Source of the DNA: a virus
Taxonomy: Duplodnaviria; Caudoviricetes
Length of the DNA stretch: 64,000 nucleotides
Direction: 5' to 3' (one strand)
Virus record (IMG/VR): IMGVR_UViG_3300037418_002332
The position numbers were made by a program, and so were the translations under genes. The notes under the pieces were generated by a model. That model was not told the origin of the DNA, made no database searches, and saw only the letters and a program-made list of their open reading frames with translations. This document shows, piece by piece, positions 6,045 through 14,261 of this stretch (position 1 is its first letter; every line of letters starts with the position of its first letter).

Positions 6045-6293
6045 ATGACTCAGCATATGAAGTATGTCGTCATCGAAGGCTTTGGTGACGAAATTTATAT
6101 TTTTAGTCCTCTTGTCAAGCATTCACAATTTGTTGATATGATGGGTGGCTTGCGTTGTAACAATGTTTTGGGTGCTGGCTTCATTGATGAAAATTGGAAT
6201 TGTTATGGTGAGTCGGTGACTCTTGATATAAAGTCAAGAGGAATTGTTGATACCAATTTGGTTAGGATGTGGCAATTTTCTGATGCTGCATAA
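6045..6293 (+). CDS. hypothetical protein
   Basis: GAGGA RBS, ORF track. Confidence 0.65.
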   Translation: MTQHMKYVVIEGFGDEIYIFSPLVKHSQFVDMMGGLRCNNVLGAGFIDENWNCYGESVTLDIKSRGIVDTNLVRMWQFSDAA

Positions 6294-6301
6294 AATTTAA
6301 T

Positions 6302-6375
6302 GTCCCGTTGGCGGAAAAGTGACGCGCTAGTCTGCAAAACTAGTCAAGCCAGAGCATTACTGGCACGGGACTCCA
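6302..6375 (+). tRNA. tRNA-Cys(GCA), variant elbow
   Basis: CTAGT-CTGCAAA-ACTAG; T-loop AGCATTA; U73; CCA. Confidence 0.8.
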
Positions 6376-6548
6376 ATTTTGGAGATTGTAATGGAAAAGT
6401 TGACCGAATTTCAGAAGTTGTTGCTGGCTGGTGCCGCAACTATCGGATTTGGAATTGCATCAATTTGGGTTCCTATGTGTGGATTGGCAGCATTCTACTT
6501 TGGTTATTCAACCTATTGCAAAATCTCAGAAATGATTGAATAAGAATT

Positions 6549-6624
6549 GGCGCGGTGGCAGAACATGGCGATGCAGTAGCCTGCAAAGTTACGAATGTTG
6601 GTTCGAATCCAACCCGCGCCTCCA
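6549..6624 (+). tRNA. tRNA-Cys(GCA)
   Basis: GTAGC-CTGCAAA-GTTAC, U73, CCA. Confidence 0.92.
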
Positions 6625-6643
6625 AAATTTGAAAGAGTGAAAA

Positions 6644-6880
6644 ATGAACGATCGCATTAAGAATATGTTGAAACTTCTTTGGGTCAAATCTCTTGCGGGT
6701 TCATTTATTTGGATGATTGTATCGATGATTTACTTCATGAAATTCAGTCAGCCAACTTGGGAAAATACAATCATCATCTTTGCACCAATATTGTGTGTAT
6801 ATTTTGGTGTATTGGCTTTGATTGGAATTTACATTATATTTTTCGTTTGGGAATTACCAAGTGTCAAAGACAAATCATGA
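6644..6880 (+). CDS. small membrane protein
   Basis: two hydrophobic helices. Confidence 0.55.
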   Translation: MNDRIKNMLKLLWVKSLAGSFIWMIVSMIYFMKFSQPTWENTIIIFAPILCVYFGVLALIGIYIIFFVWELPSVKDKS

Positions 6881-7335
6881 ACTTGAAGAAGAACGAATAA
6901 TAAAAGTCTTCGCTGATCGTTATGAAAACGAACCTTGGGACGAAACCGATGAGTTGTATTTGGCGTTATACGAGGGTGGTGTAGAAACTGCTAAGGAACG
7001 TAATGACTCAAAAGCGGTTTCTCATATGCAAAATATTGTGAATGAATTGAAATCAGCTAAATTACGCAAAATGAGGAGATCTTGATATGTTGTAGACTGA
7101 ATCCTGCCGGGAAGTGATCTTTCATTTCAACAAAGGCCATTTGGCCGATCCATCTATTCCGATGTGGGTGTTGAAGTTCAAAGGTCAAACTTATTATGTG
7201 AATCATGTTGACGCTGATTGTCCTTGGTCAACCAAGGAAACTCCTGATAATCCGTCAACCAAAGGCAGTTTAAAATTCAAAAATTGTGTTGTCACCATTA
7301 AAGATGACACAGCAACTATCAAACGGGAATAAATA

Positions 7336-7563
7336 ATGGCAAAGGAAGTCTTTTATCGTCAAGTTAATCTTGAGCGCGGAACTGGTCGCATGACTGGTTA
7401 CATTGAAGAGCGTGGCGCTGTTGTTGGTAAATCTGTTGAAGTCATTGCCGACGATAAAAACCATTGGATTGTGACACAAGTGGGTGATCAACGTTATCCT
7501 GAAGCTTTCATTCGCGAAAGACAAAAGACCGAAATTTTCGGTTCAATCAAACCAAAAGAATAA
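7336..7563 (+). CDS. hypothetical protein
   Basis: ORF track, phage-like codon usage. Confidence 0.6.
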   Translation: MAKEVFYRQVNLERGTGRMTGYIEERGAVVGKSVEVIADDKNHWIVTQVGDQRYPEAFIRERQKTEIFGSIKPKE

Positions 7564-7574
7564 GAGGAAATTAA

Positions 7575-7718
7575 ATGAACAAGATCGTAAAATCAATCAT
7601 GGCAGCTGCATTGCTTGTCGCAGTCGGCGTTACCGTTTCAGCATGTGGCAAGGGTCCAGTGGACGTTCCTGCTGTTGGTGATCACGCTGGTGGCAATAGC
7701 GACCAACCTGCTAAGTAA
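7575..7718 (+). CDS. small lipoprotein (47 aa)
   Basis: GAGGA RBS; MNKIVKSIMAAALLVAVGVTVSA-C lipobox. Confidence 0.65.
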   Translation: MNKIVKSIMAAALLVAVGVTVSACGKGPVDVPAVGDHAGGNSDQPAK

Positions 7719-7724
7719 TAAACT

Positions 7725-7802
7725 GCGGGTGTAGTGTTTAACGGCATAGCATACCTGGCTTCCACCCAGTAGGTGTCGGTTCGAATCCGATTGCCCGCTC
7801 CA
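7725..7802 (+). tRNA. tRNA-Gly(TCC)
   Basis: CTGG-CTTCCAC-CCAG, U73, CCA. Confidence 0.9.
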
Positions 7803-8273
7803 TTTGAATCTCCGACTATATAATCAAAAGTCGGAGATTCATTTTCACTTGACAGAAGAGTATCTTATATTTGTAGCAATTGCTCCTATAATTATTGTAA
7901 TGTTGATTGCATTTTTTGTAATCGCATTTCGTACTCTTCCCTCTGAACAACAACGTAAGAAAGAAATCCCTATTGTTCATCCCAAAACATGGATGACAAT
8001 GGAAAAAGAATATGAACGATTGAAAGCAAAAGGTTTGTTGGATGAGTGATATCATATTTTCAATGCATCGGCATCATGAAGATAAAAATTTCACATATGG
8101 TGCTCGTGGTATTGGACCGAAATATGAAGAATTTTATCGATGGGCTAGAACTGTTTCGTATCGATGTACTTCGGAAGACTGGCCTTGGGATTATTTTCGA
8201 TTCACTGATCCAAAAGATGAAGAAATTTTCATAGAAAAGTGGTTCAGTAGATTTCCACATTTCTATCATAAGG

Positions 8274-8495
8274 ATGATGAAGCTGATGATTGACGTCAAA
8301 AGAGCGGTGATGGAAAATCGCCGAGTAAAGTTTGTGAAATATTTTGATGGTGATCTCTGGTACGAAACAGAATTTGGTGAACAATTTCCAGTTCCAATTT
8401 CTGAAGCTGGTACTGCTTCGTTTCTTGCTGAAGACAAAGCATTGCTTTTCATGCGTTATATGAAGAAAGAGAACGAACGTGTCTCGAAAGATTGA
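8274..8495 (+). CDS. hypothetical phage protein
   Basis: ORF track, overlaps neighbours in operon fashion. Confidence 0.6.
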   Translation: MMKLMIDVKRAVMENRRVKFVKYFDGDLWYETEFGEQFPVPISEAGTASFLAEDKALLFMRYMKKENERVSKD

Positions 8496-8732
8496 ACCAT
8501 TCGATATTGAAGTTTATATCAATACATTAAAACACCATGGTGGCAAACTGTCTCCTGGTGAATTTAAAAATCGAATGATGGCTTTGAAGTTTACACCTCA
8601 TCAATTTTCATTGATTTCAATCATATTGATGGAACGTGGAATTGTCGGTTTAGGCAAAAATTTAGAGCTTGAGTTATTGAAAGAGCTTGACTTTGATTTG
8701 AATAAGGTTTATCTGTAACCTTCAATTTTAGG

Positions 8733-9194
8733 ATGAATGTTATGGGCGTGAAAGAATTAGTTGGTCATTTTGAATTCAAAGCTATGAAGAACCATTTGTT
8801 GGATCTTTCTGGTGAAGGGTTGACTATTCTGCGCGACGCAATGTGGGAAACTTGGAATAAAACTGACGATGTGACGTTTTTGAAACTCGTCAATCACATT
8901 GATATGGAAATTGCCAAACGTATTGGATGGTGGGAAGATTGGGACCAAAAGGCACCAATTCCTTTTCAAGAGGTTTTTGAAATCTTCCAACCTGAAATGA
9001 TTGGCCCATTGGAATTTGGTCAATTTCGTTCGAATGCTACAGTGGCTGATTTGGTTGTGAGATTGGGATTGTTCCCTTCTGTAACTGAAGCTCGAAAAAA
9101 TGGTTATAACAAACCATTGACTTCTGGTGAATATCAGTTTAAAAATGGAAAAAATGGAATAAAAAGAGTATTGGTCACCGAATTTCATGGGTGA
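8733..9194 (+). CDS. protein with S4-like RNA-binding motif
   Basis: ATVADLVVRLGLFPSVTEARK resembles the TyrRS C-terminal S4 module. Confidence 0.5.
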   Translation: MNVMGVKELVGHFEFKAMKNHLLDLSGEGLTILRDAMWETWNKTDDVTFLKLVNHIDMEIAKRIGWWEDWDQKAPIPFQEVFEIFQPEMIGPLEFGQFRSNATVADLVVRLGLFPSVTEARKNGYNKPLTSGEYQFKNGKNGIKRVLVTEFHG

Positions 9195-9199
9195 TTGAT

Positions 9200-9207
9200 T
9201 ATAAATA
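9200..9207 (+). promoter_or_regulatory. T4-like late promoter
   Basis: TATAAATA. Confidence 0.7.
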
Positions 9208-9229
9208 TCTGAAATTAAGGAATTAGAAA

Positions 9230-9319
9230 ATGACTGTTATCAACCTCACTGCTGTTACTGCGCTATCTCCCCTTTGGGCGAAGCCAGCAACACATCATGG
9301 GATAGAAACTGTCATTTAA
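9230..9319 (+). CDS. 29-aa late peptide
   Basis: AAGGA RBS; MTVINLTAVTALSPLWAKPATHHGIETVI; lies between late promoter and terminator. Confidence 0.5.
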   Translation: MTVINLTAVTALSPLWAKPATHHGIETVI

Positions 9320-9345
9320 ATAAATTTTTATTACGAATTTATTAC

Positions 9346-9388
9346 AAAGGGCAGTTACTTTTAATCAGGTAACTGCCCTTTTTGTTTG
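9346..9388 (+). terminator. intrinsic terminator
   Basis: AAAGGGCAGTTAC/GTAACTGCCCTTT followed by T-tract. Confidence 0.85.
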
Positions 9389-9394
9389 TTATTT

Positions 9395-9468
9395 AGGAGT
9401 ATGATGTAACGGTAGCATTGGGGTCTCCAAAGCCTTTCGTCTCGGTTCAAATCCGGGTGCTCCTGCCA
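9395..9468 (+). tRNA. tRNA-Trp(CCA)
   Basis: GGGGT-CTCCAAA-GCCTT, G73, CCA. Confidence 0.9.
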
Positions 9469-9475
9469 ATTTTAT

Positions 9476-9549
9476 CTTTGTTAAGCTTTAAAGTGAAGCA
9501 TCTGTCTCCAAAACAGAAGAACTCAGGGCAGTACTGGGAACATTGGCCA
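9476..9549 (+). tRNA. tRNA-Trp(CCA), variant elbow, mismatched acceptor
   Basis: TCTGT-CTCCAAA-ACAGA; T-loop GGCAGTA; two U.U mismatches in acceptor. Confidence 0.65.
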
Positions 9550-9553
9550 ATTT

Positions 9554-9626
9554 GGGGTAAGCTCAAGGTAAGCAGGCGATCCTTGCAAGATTGCTGAGGA
9601 GGGTGCGAGTCCCTCTTACTCCACCA
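9554..9626 (+). tRNA. tRNA-Ala(TGC), compact
   Basis: G3.U70, CGATC-CTTGCAA-GATTG, CCA. Confidence 0.75.
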
Positions 9627-9657
9627 AATTCTTTTACAATGAACTGAAAGAAAGTGC

Positions 9658-9686
9658 TTTACTTATTTCTCGAACTCAGCTATAAT
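9658..9686 (+). promoter_or_regulatory. early promoter (GTGCTTTACT family)
   Basis: TTTACT-17-TATAAT; the same motif recurs at 26685, 31207, 36699, 41656, 57413. Confidence 0.75.
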
Positions 9687-9712
9687 GTTTGTATGGTTGA
9701 AAGGGAAATAAG

Positions 9713-9934
9713 ATGAAAAAGCTTACTGTCCTTGAAGTCCTTGCTGATAAGACGACGATTTCGGTTAATTCTGCAAAGAATTATCCGGCTGAATCGCAAA
9801 CTCGTCACTATCGTGAAGGTGAAGCTGCGGCTTACAATGATTCCTACCGCTTGATGAAAGCGGAACTTGAAAGGCTCCGTAATCTTTGGCAGAACGGTGC
9901 TTTGAATTATGATTCCTTTGGTCTGCCAAGTTGA
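9713..9934 (+). CDS. hypothetical early protein
   Basis: directly after early promoter, AGGG RBS. Confidence 0.6.
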   Translation: MKKLTVLEVLADKTTISVNSAKNYPAESQTRHYREGEAAAYNDSYRLMKAELERLRNLWQNGALNYDSFGLPS

Positions 9935-10670
9935 GTTTGTAACTTAAATGTTAGTTCGCGTGTTGATCCAATAAAAAGGATTGAATTGAGTTAACAGGTT
10001 GGCAACGGAGTAAACAGCGAACTGATCCAAAAGGAGAATTCCTATGAGAGATCAGTTGGTAAGTTTTGGAATTGTTCGTTGGTTTCATGATGCGAATTTT
10101 CTTCGCGATATATTCGGTCGTGAAAGCTATGAATATAAAATTGAGCAACGGAAGGCTGTTCATGCTTTCCTAATTGAACGTCAACTTCGTCATAAGGTGT
10201 TGTGATGCCAGACGTTGAAGCGAAATTATTCGTACAGGATGAACTGTACGACAGCGGCACCGAAGAGAGGATGCGAAGTGTCTTCGAAAGTGTCGTGAAT
10301 GAATTCGGTGGTGATGTAGTTCTGATGGTTTACAAACCAAAATATCAGACTTGGATCGCCGCTAAAATGATGATGACGGCTGTCAAAAAGCCATACATTG
10401 TCATGCTAAGACATATCTGAGTGTAAGAGATAAGATCATCGCTGAGCTTTGGAAGTTCGGAAAGTCGGAGCGTTACCGACCACTCAGACCAATTTGAATG
10501 AGTCATACTGCCCGAATCCCGGTCTTGGTCAAGACAGTATGACAATAGTCCAGTGGCTACCTTTGCCTGTAAGGGTGCAGAATGAAAAATCTGCTTAATA
10601 GCTAGACAACTGAGCGGTGTTGGCAAACCTGGCAAGTCAGTGGAAAGCTGACAACTTATTTTTTGACTAA

Positions 10671-10747
10671 CGGAGTGTAGGTCAGTCTGGTAGATCGCTG
10701 CGTTTGGGGCGCAGATGTCGCAGGTTCAAATCCTGCCACTCCGACCA
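10671..10747 (+). tRNA. tRNA-Pro(TGG)
   Basis: CTGCG-TTTGGGG-CGCAG, C1-G72, CCA. Confidence 0.92.
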
Positions 10748-11058
10748 AATTTTGAAGGGGAGAAAATGTTGAATGCACTAAGAAATTGGTTTCGTTCAAT
10801 TCAACCTCAGTATATAATGTTGGATCGTGATGTTCGTCAAAACATCCATAGCCTTCAGATTCAAGGCTTTTGTGCTGAAAAATCCAAGTGGATGGATTTG
10901 CATTATTTGCAAATGACGAATTTCGATGGAATGTATTGGTGCAGATATCGTCTGCCTAAAAATTAAAATGCCGTCGTGGTGATATTAGTTAACACGCTTG
11001 GTTGTGGCCCAGGAGAAGTTGGTGCGATCCCAACCGACGGTTCCAATTTTGGAGATAC

Positions 11059-11403
11059 ATGATGGAACATAAAGTCAAAGAAAAGAGACAAATTCATTTT
11101 GATTATGGTGATATGACTCTTGCTCAATTTTTGGCAGATATCAATGCTGTTAAAAACGAATTCAATTTGACTGATCATGATATCTCTCTTCGAGAAGAAG
11201 GATATTACGATTATTCGGAATTTTATTTCGTATTTGAACGTCCTGAAACTGACGATGAACGAATTAAACGCGAAGCAAAGGAAGTCAAGGCTGCTGAGCG
11301 ACGTGAAAAAGACCGAATTCGTAATGCAGAGAAACGCAAGAAGCGTTATCTGGAATTGAAGAAAGAATTTGCCACCTTGGATAAGGAATTTGGCAACAGT
11401 TAA
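11059..11403 (+). CDS. hypothetical protein, charged C-terminal helix
   Basis: GGAG RBS before ATG 11059. Confidence 0.6.
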   Translation: MMEHKVKEKRQIHFDYGDMTLAQFLADINAVKNEFNLTDHDISLREEGYYDYSEFYFVFERPETDDERIKREAKEVKAAERREKDRIRNAEKRKKRYLELKKEFATLDKEFGNS

Positions 11404-11404
11404 T

Positions 11405-11488
11405 GCGCAAGTGGTGTAATGGTAGCCACGCCAGTCTAAGAAGCTGGTTCTTAATTGAGTGGAGGTTCGAGTCCTCTCTTGCGCACCA
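11405..11488 (+). tRNA. tRNA-Leu(AAG)
   Basis: CCAGT-CTAAGAA-GCTGG, long V region, A73, CCA. Confidence 0.85.
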
Positions 11489-11670
11489 GTTAGAGTAGCA
11501 TAGTAGAATAGTGTTGTTAGTAATTTGATAAAGTAATTTGGGAATAGGTCTGAACTATCAAACGCAAAGGCTTTAAAAACATTGAGCCGAGGGCAGTGCT
11601 CGGACAGGGTTTGGAACTCAAAGACGACCGAAATTGATACCGAAAGCAACAAGTAAAGACTATGTGAAAA

Positions 11671-11757
11671 TGCTTGGTAGTGGTGTAATAGTAGCACGTC
11701 GGCATTGCATTTGCGTTGGGAGCCGGAAGTCTGGGTGCAAATCCCAGCTAACAAGTA
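11671..11757 (+). ncRNA. tRNA-like gene with 18-nt anticodon loop (11-nt insert; Pro TGG-like)
   Basis: D-arm GTGT/GCAC, TCGGC/GCCGG stem around ATTGCATTTGCGTTGGGA, CTGGG-TGCAAAT-CCCAG; no CCA. Confidence 0.6.
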
Positions 11758-12024
11758 GTTGATGGAGATTTGAGATGAAGATTCATTTGTTTTGTATGTG
11801 GACTGGAATGTATGAAGAATACAACCCACAAGTGTTGAAAGCATACAAATCACGTTCTAAAGTTATGGATTTACTTGAAAAGACTGAGAAATTCAGGTAT
11901 CAAAATGATATCAATACTTTCTTGAAAGAAGAGTTCGGAAATAAAATTCCAGAGATCGACGACTACGATTTCAGGAATAAATATTTCGGCTTCTATCATA
12001 AGGAAGTTGAATTCGAAGAATAAT

Positions 12025-12112
12025 GGAGACATGGGAGAGTGGTTGATTCCGCAGTCCTGGAAAGACTGTAAACCGCAAGGTTTCGCGAGTTCGAATCTCG
12101 CTGTCTCCGCCA
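12025..12112 (+). tRNA. tRNA-Ser(GGA)
   Basis: CAGTC-CTGGAAA-GACTG, long V arm, G73, CCA. Confidence 0.92.
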
Positions 12113-12130
12113 TAATTGGGAGAACTTGGA

Positions 12131-12448
12131 ATGAAGAATTATCTTACCGCAGGCATGATTGCTTTGTCTGCATTGTTTGTTACTGACGCAATGGCTTGTC
12201 AACGAGTCAATGCGAATGGTGGTGTTGGTTACGTGAATGTTCGCGAACATCCCGACTTGAACGCTCGTGTTGTAACTCAATGGAATAACCCAGAATTTGG
12301 GTCCGATTGGGGATCAGCATATTACTGCGGTCAAGAGTATGTTGACTATGATGGCCGCACTTGGTCATACATTGAAATGGACATGAAAGACGGAAGCCAT
12401 GTAGGTGGCTGGGTATCAGACAAAGTTCTGATGTTCTTGCCCGAATAA
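12131..12448 (+). CDS. secreted SH3b-like domain protein
   Basis: signal peptide; YVNVREHPDLNARVV...WSYI...GWVS pattern. Confidence 0.6.
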   Translation: MKNYLTAGMIALSALFVTDAMACQRVNANGGVGYVNVREHPDLNARVVTQWNNPEFGSDWGSAYYCGQEYVDYDGRTWSYIEMDMKDGSHVGGWVSDKVLMFLPE

Positions 12449-12646
12449 ACCACAAAGGAAGGAAAGAAATGATTAATCTAGTAGTTGGAGTTGTTATTGG
12501 CTTGGCAGTAGGTTGGCTTTTTGTGCCTGCTCCACAAGCTGTTGTTGATTTTTGGACAAATCTGAAGTCCAAAGTTTCAGGTAAATAAGCGACAGCTTCT
12601 CTTTTGCTAAAATACTAAATAGTTGCGCAACGAAAGGAACGCAACT

Positions 12647-13291
12647 ATGGTAAATTGTCAATTTTGTGGTAAAGAATGGAAAAACAATTCCGTACTGGCT
12701 TCACATAGAAGATTTTGTTCGGATAATCCCAATCCCATTAAATACAACAAAAAAGTTAACAACAATCAATACACAAAAGCAAAAGCTGAAGGCAGAACTG
12801 TTGAAATCTCTGATGAAACCAGAGATAAAATGAGAAAAGCCTCCAAAGGCAGAAAATTATCTGCTGCGCATAGAAAAATAATTTCTGAATCAGTGCGCAG
12901 CAGAGGATTTGGTGGTGTAACTAAATCCAGATGGATTCATTACAAAGATAAGATTCTCGGAAGTTCATACGAATACAAATTGGTCTTAGATTTAGAATCA
13001 AACGGTGTTTTGTGGAATACTTGTAAGAGATTCAAATACGTTGATCCAAACGGTAAACATAGAACTTACACTCCAGATATCTATTTGCCTGAGTACGACG
13101 TTTATCTTGATCCAAAGAATGATTTTTTGATTGAAAACATAAATCCGGCATTGGGATTTTCAGATATTGATAAAATAAATTTAGTAATGAAACAGAATAA
13201 AATTCGGGTCATTGTATTGAACAAAAATCAATTGACCTGGAAAGCAATTTTAAGCCTCATAAGCATAAAAAGCGATGCACCGGCTTTGTAA
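12647..13291 (+). CDS. free-standing homing endonuclease-like protein (Zn finger, NUMOD3-like, PD-(D/E)xK)
   Basis: CQFC...H..C; SDETRDKMRKA...LSAAHRKIISES; YTPDIYL...YLDPK; late promoter plus RBS hairpin. Confidence 0.7.
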   Translation: MVNCQFCGKEWKNNSVLASHRRFCSDNPNPIKYNKKVNNNQYTKAKAEGRTVEISDETRDKMRKASKGRKLSAAHRKIISESVRSRGFGGVTKSRWIHYKDKILGSSYEYKLVLDLESNGVLWNTCKRFKYVDPNGKHRTYTPDIYLPEYDVYLDPKNDFLIENINPALGFSDIDKINLVMKQNKIRVIVLNKNQLTWKAILSLISIKSDAPAL

Positions 13292-13328
13292 CCCGGAGAA
13301 CCCAAGGCAGTATTGGGATGAGGCACCA
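13254..13328 (+). tRNA. tRNA-Thr(TGT), variant elbow
   Basis: GCCTCAT/ATGAGGC, loop TTTGTAA, T-loop GGCAGTA, CCA. Confidence 0.75.
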
Positions 13329-13391
13329 AATTTTCAAAATAGTGCTTTACTTTTTGAATTGAACCTTTTAAAGTGAATCTAACGTTTTAAT

Positions 13392-13473
13392 GGATTGGTA
13401 ACCTAATTCTGGCTGGGCCGGACGGAGGCTCTTAATCTCCTGGTAAGCAGTTCGATCCTGCACCAATCCTCCA
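13392..13473 (+). tRNA. tRNA-Lys(CTT), enlarged D region
   Basis: GGATTGG/CCAATCC, GGAGG-CTCTTAA-TCTCC, CCA. Confidence 0.75.
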
Positions 13474-13489
13474 ATTTTTTGGAGTTGTT

Positions 13490-13795
13490 ATGAGCAGATG
13501 GCGAAGAACTAATGTTGGGTTGAACGCTTTTGTCTTCTTCAAAAGAATGAAAACAGAAAAGCGTTATGCCGATGATTTTCTTCGTATTGCTATGAATGAT
13601 TTCATTTCGGTGCACAAACACTTCAAATCTGAAGATATGGTTGATTTTGTGAATGTTTGGTATAAATGGTGGAGAAAAGATTTGCTTCGCCAAAGAAAAG
13701 AGAATAAAATTTATCACGAATATGTTCAGTCAATGATGATTGGACTTCGTGTATGTCGTGATGATATGCTGGAGAAAATCTCCAAAGCAAAATAA
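13490..13795 (+). CDS. hypothetical protein
   Basis: GGAG RBS, ORF track. Confidence 0.6.
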   Translation: MSRWRRTNVGLNAFVFFKRMKTEKRYADDFLRIAMNDFISVHKHFKSEDMVDFVNVWYKWWRKDLLRQRKENKIYHEYVQSMMIGLRVCRDDMLEKISKAK

Positions 13796-13796
13796 T

Positions 13797-13881
13797 GCCG
13801 GTGTGGTGAAATTGGTAGTACACAGCAGTCTTAGAAACTGCCGCCTCGTGCGTGGAGGTTCGAGTCCTCTCACCGGCACCA
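13797..13881 (+). tRNA. tRNA-Leu(TAG)
   Basis: GCAGT-CTTAGAA-ACTGC, long V arm, CCA. Confidence 0.92.
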
Positions 13882-14066
13882 ATTTCTTGAAGGATGTATC
13901 ATGGATAAGAAAGATTTTGATAAAGCTTTCGACGCTGCTAAAAAGCGTTATGATCGGACTGATCCGACCGAAAGATATTCCTTCGAAAAATATTTGACTG
14001 ATCAAATTCAGTCTGATCGCGCAAGAAAGTATCCTGGCGAATATCACGATCCTCTTGCGGACTGAT

Positions 14067-14141
14067 GCCTTTTAAGAATTGACAGTGATTCGCCTGTTTC
14101 GTACACAGGACAATCCGGCGCAAATCCGGAAAGAGGCTCCA
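14067..14141 (+). tRNA. tRNA-Thr(CGT), variant elbow
   Basis: CCTGT-TTCGTAC-ACAGG; T-loop CGCAAAT; CCA. Confidence 0.75.
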
Positions 14142-14151
14142 ATTTCACAAT

Positions 14152-14227
14152 GCTCTATTAGTTCACTTGGTTAGAATAGATCTTTGGTAAGGATCAGAAG
14201 GCAGTTCAAATCTGCCATAGAGCACCA
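14152..14227 (+). tRNA. tRNA-Thr(GGT)
   Basis: GATCT-TTGGTAA-GGATC, CCA. Confidence 0.9.
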
Positions 14228-14261
14228 ATTCTTAACATATATTTGAAATGAGGATGACTGA

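Noticed and set aside
6300-6539. Track ORFs that are mostly tRNA sequence (also 2293, 10715, 13740, 16825)
   Set aside because: Explained by the underlying tRNA genes, with no protein motif or RBS
10480-10610. Group I intron call
   Set aside because: The S-like GACAATAGTCC lacks a correctly ordered R partner and no exon pair is interrupted; kept only as an unassigned RNA
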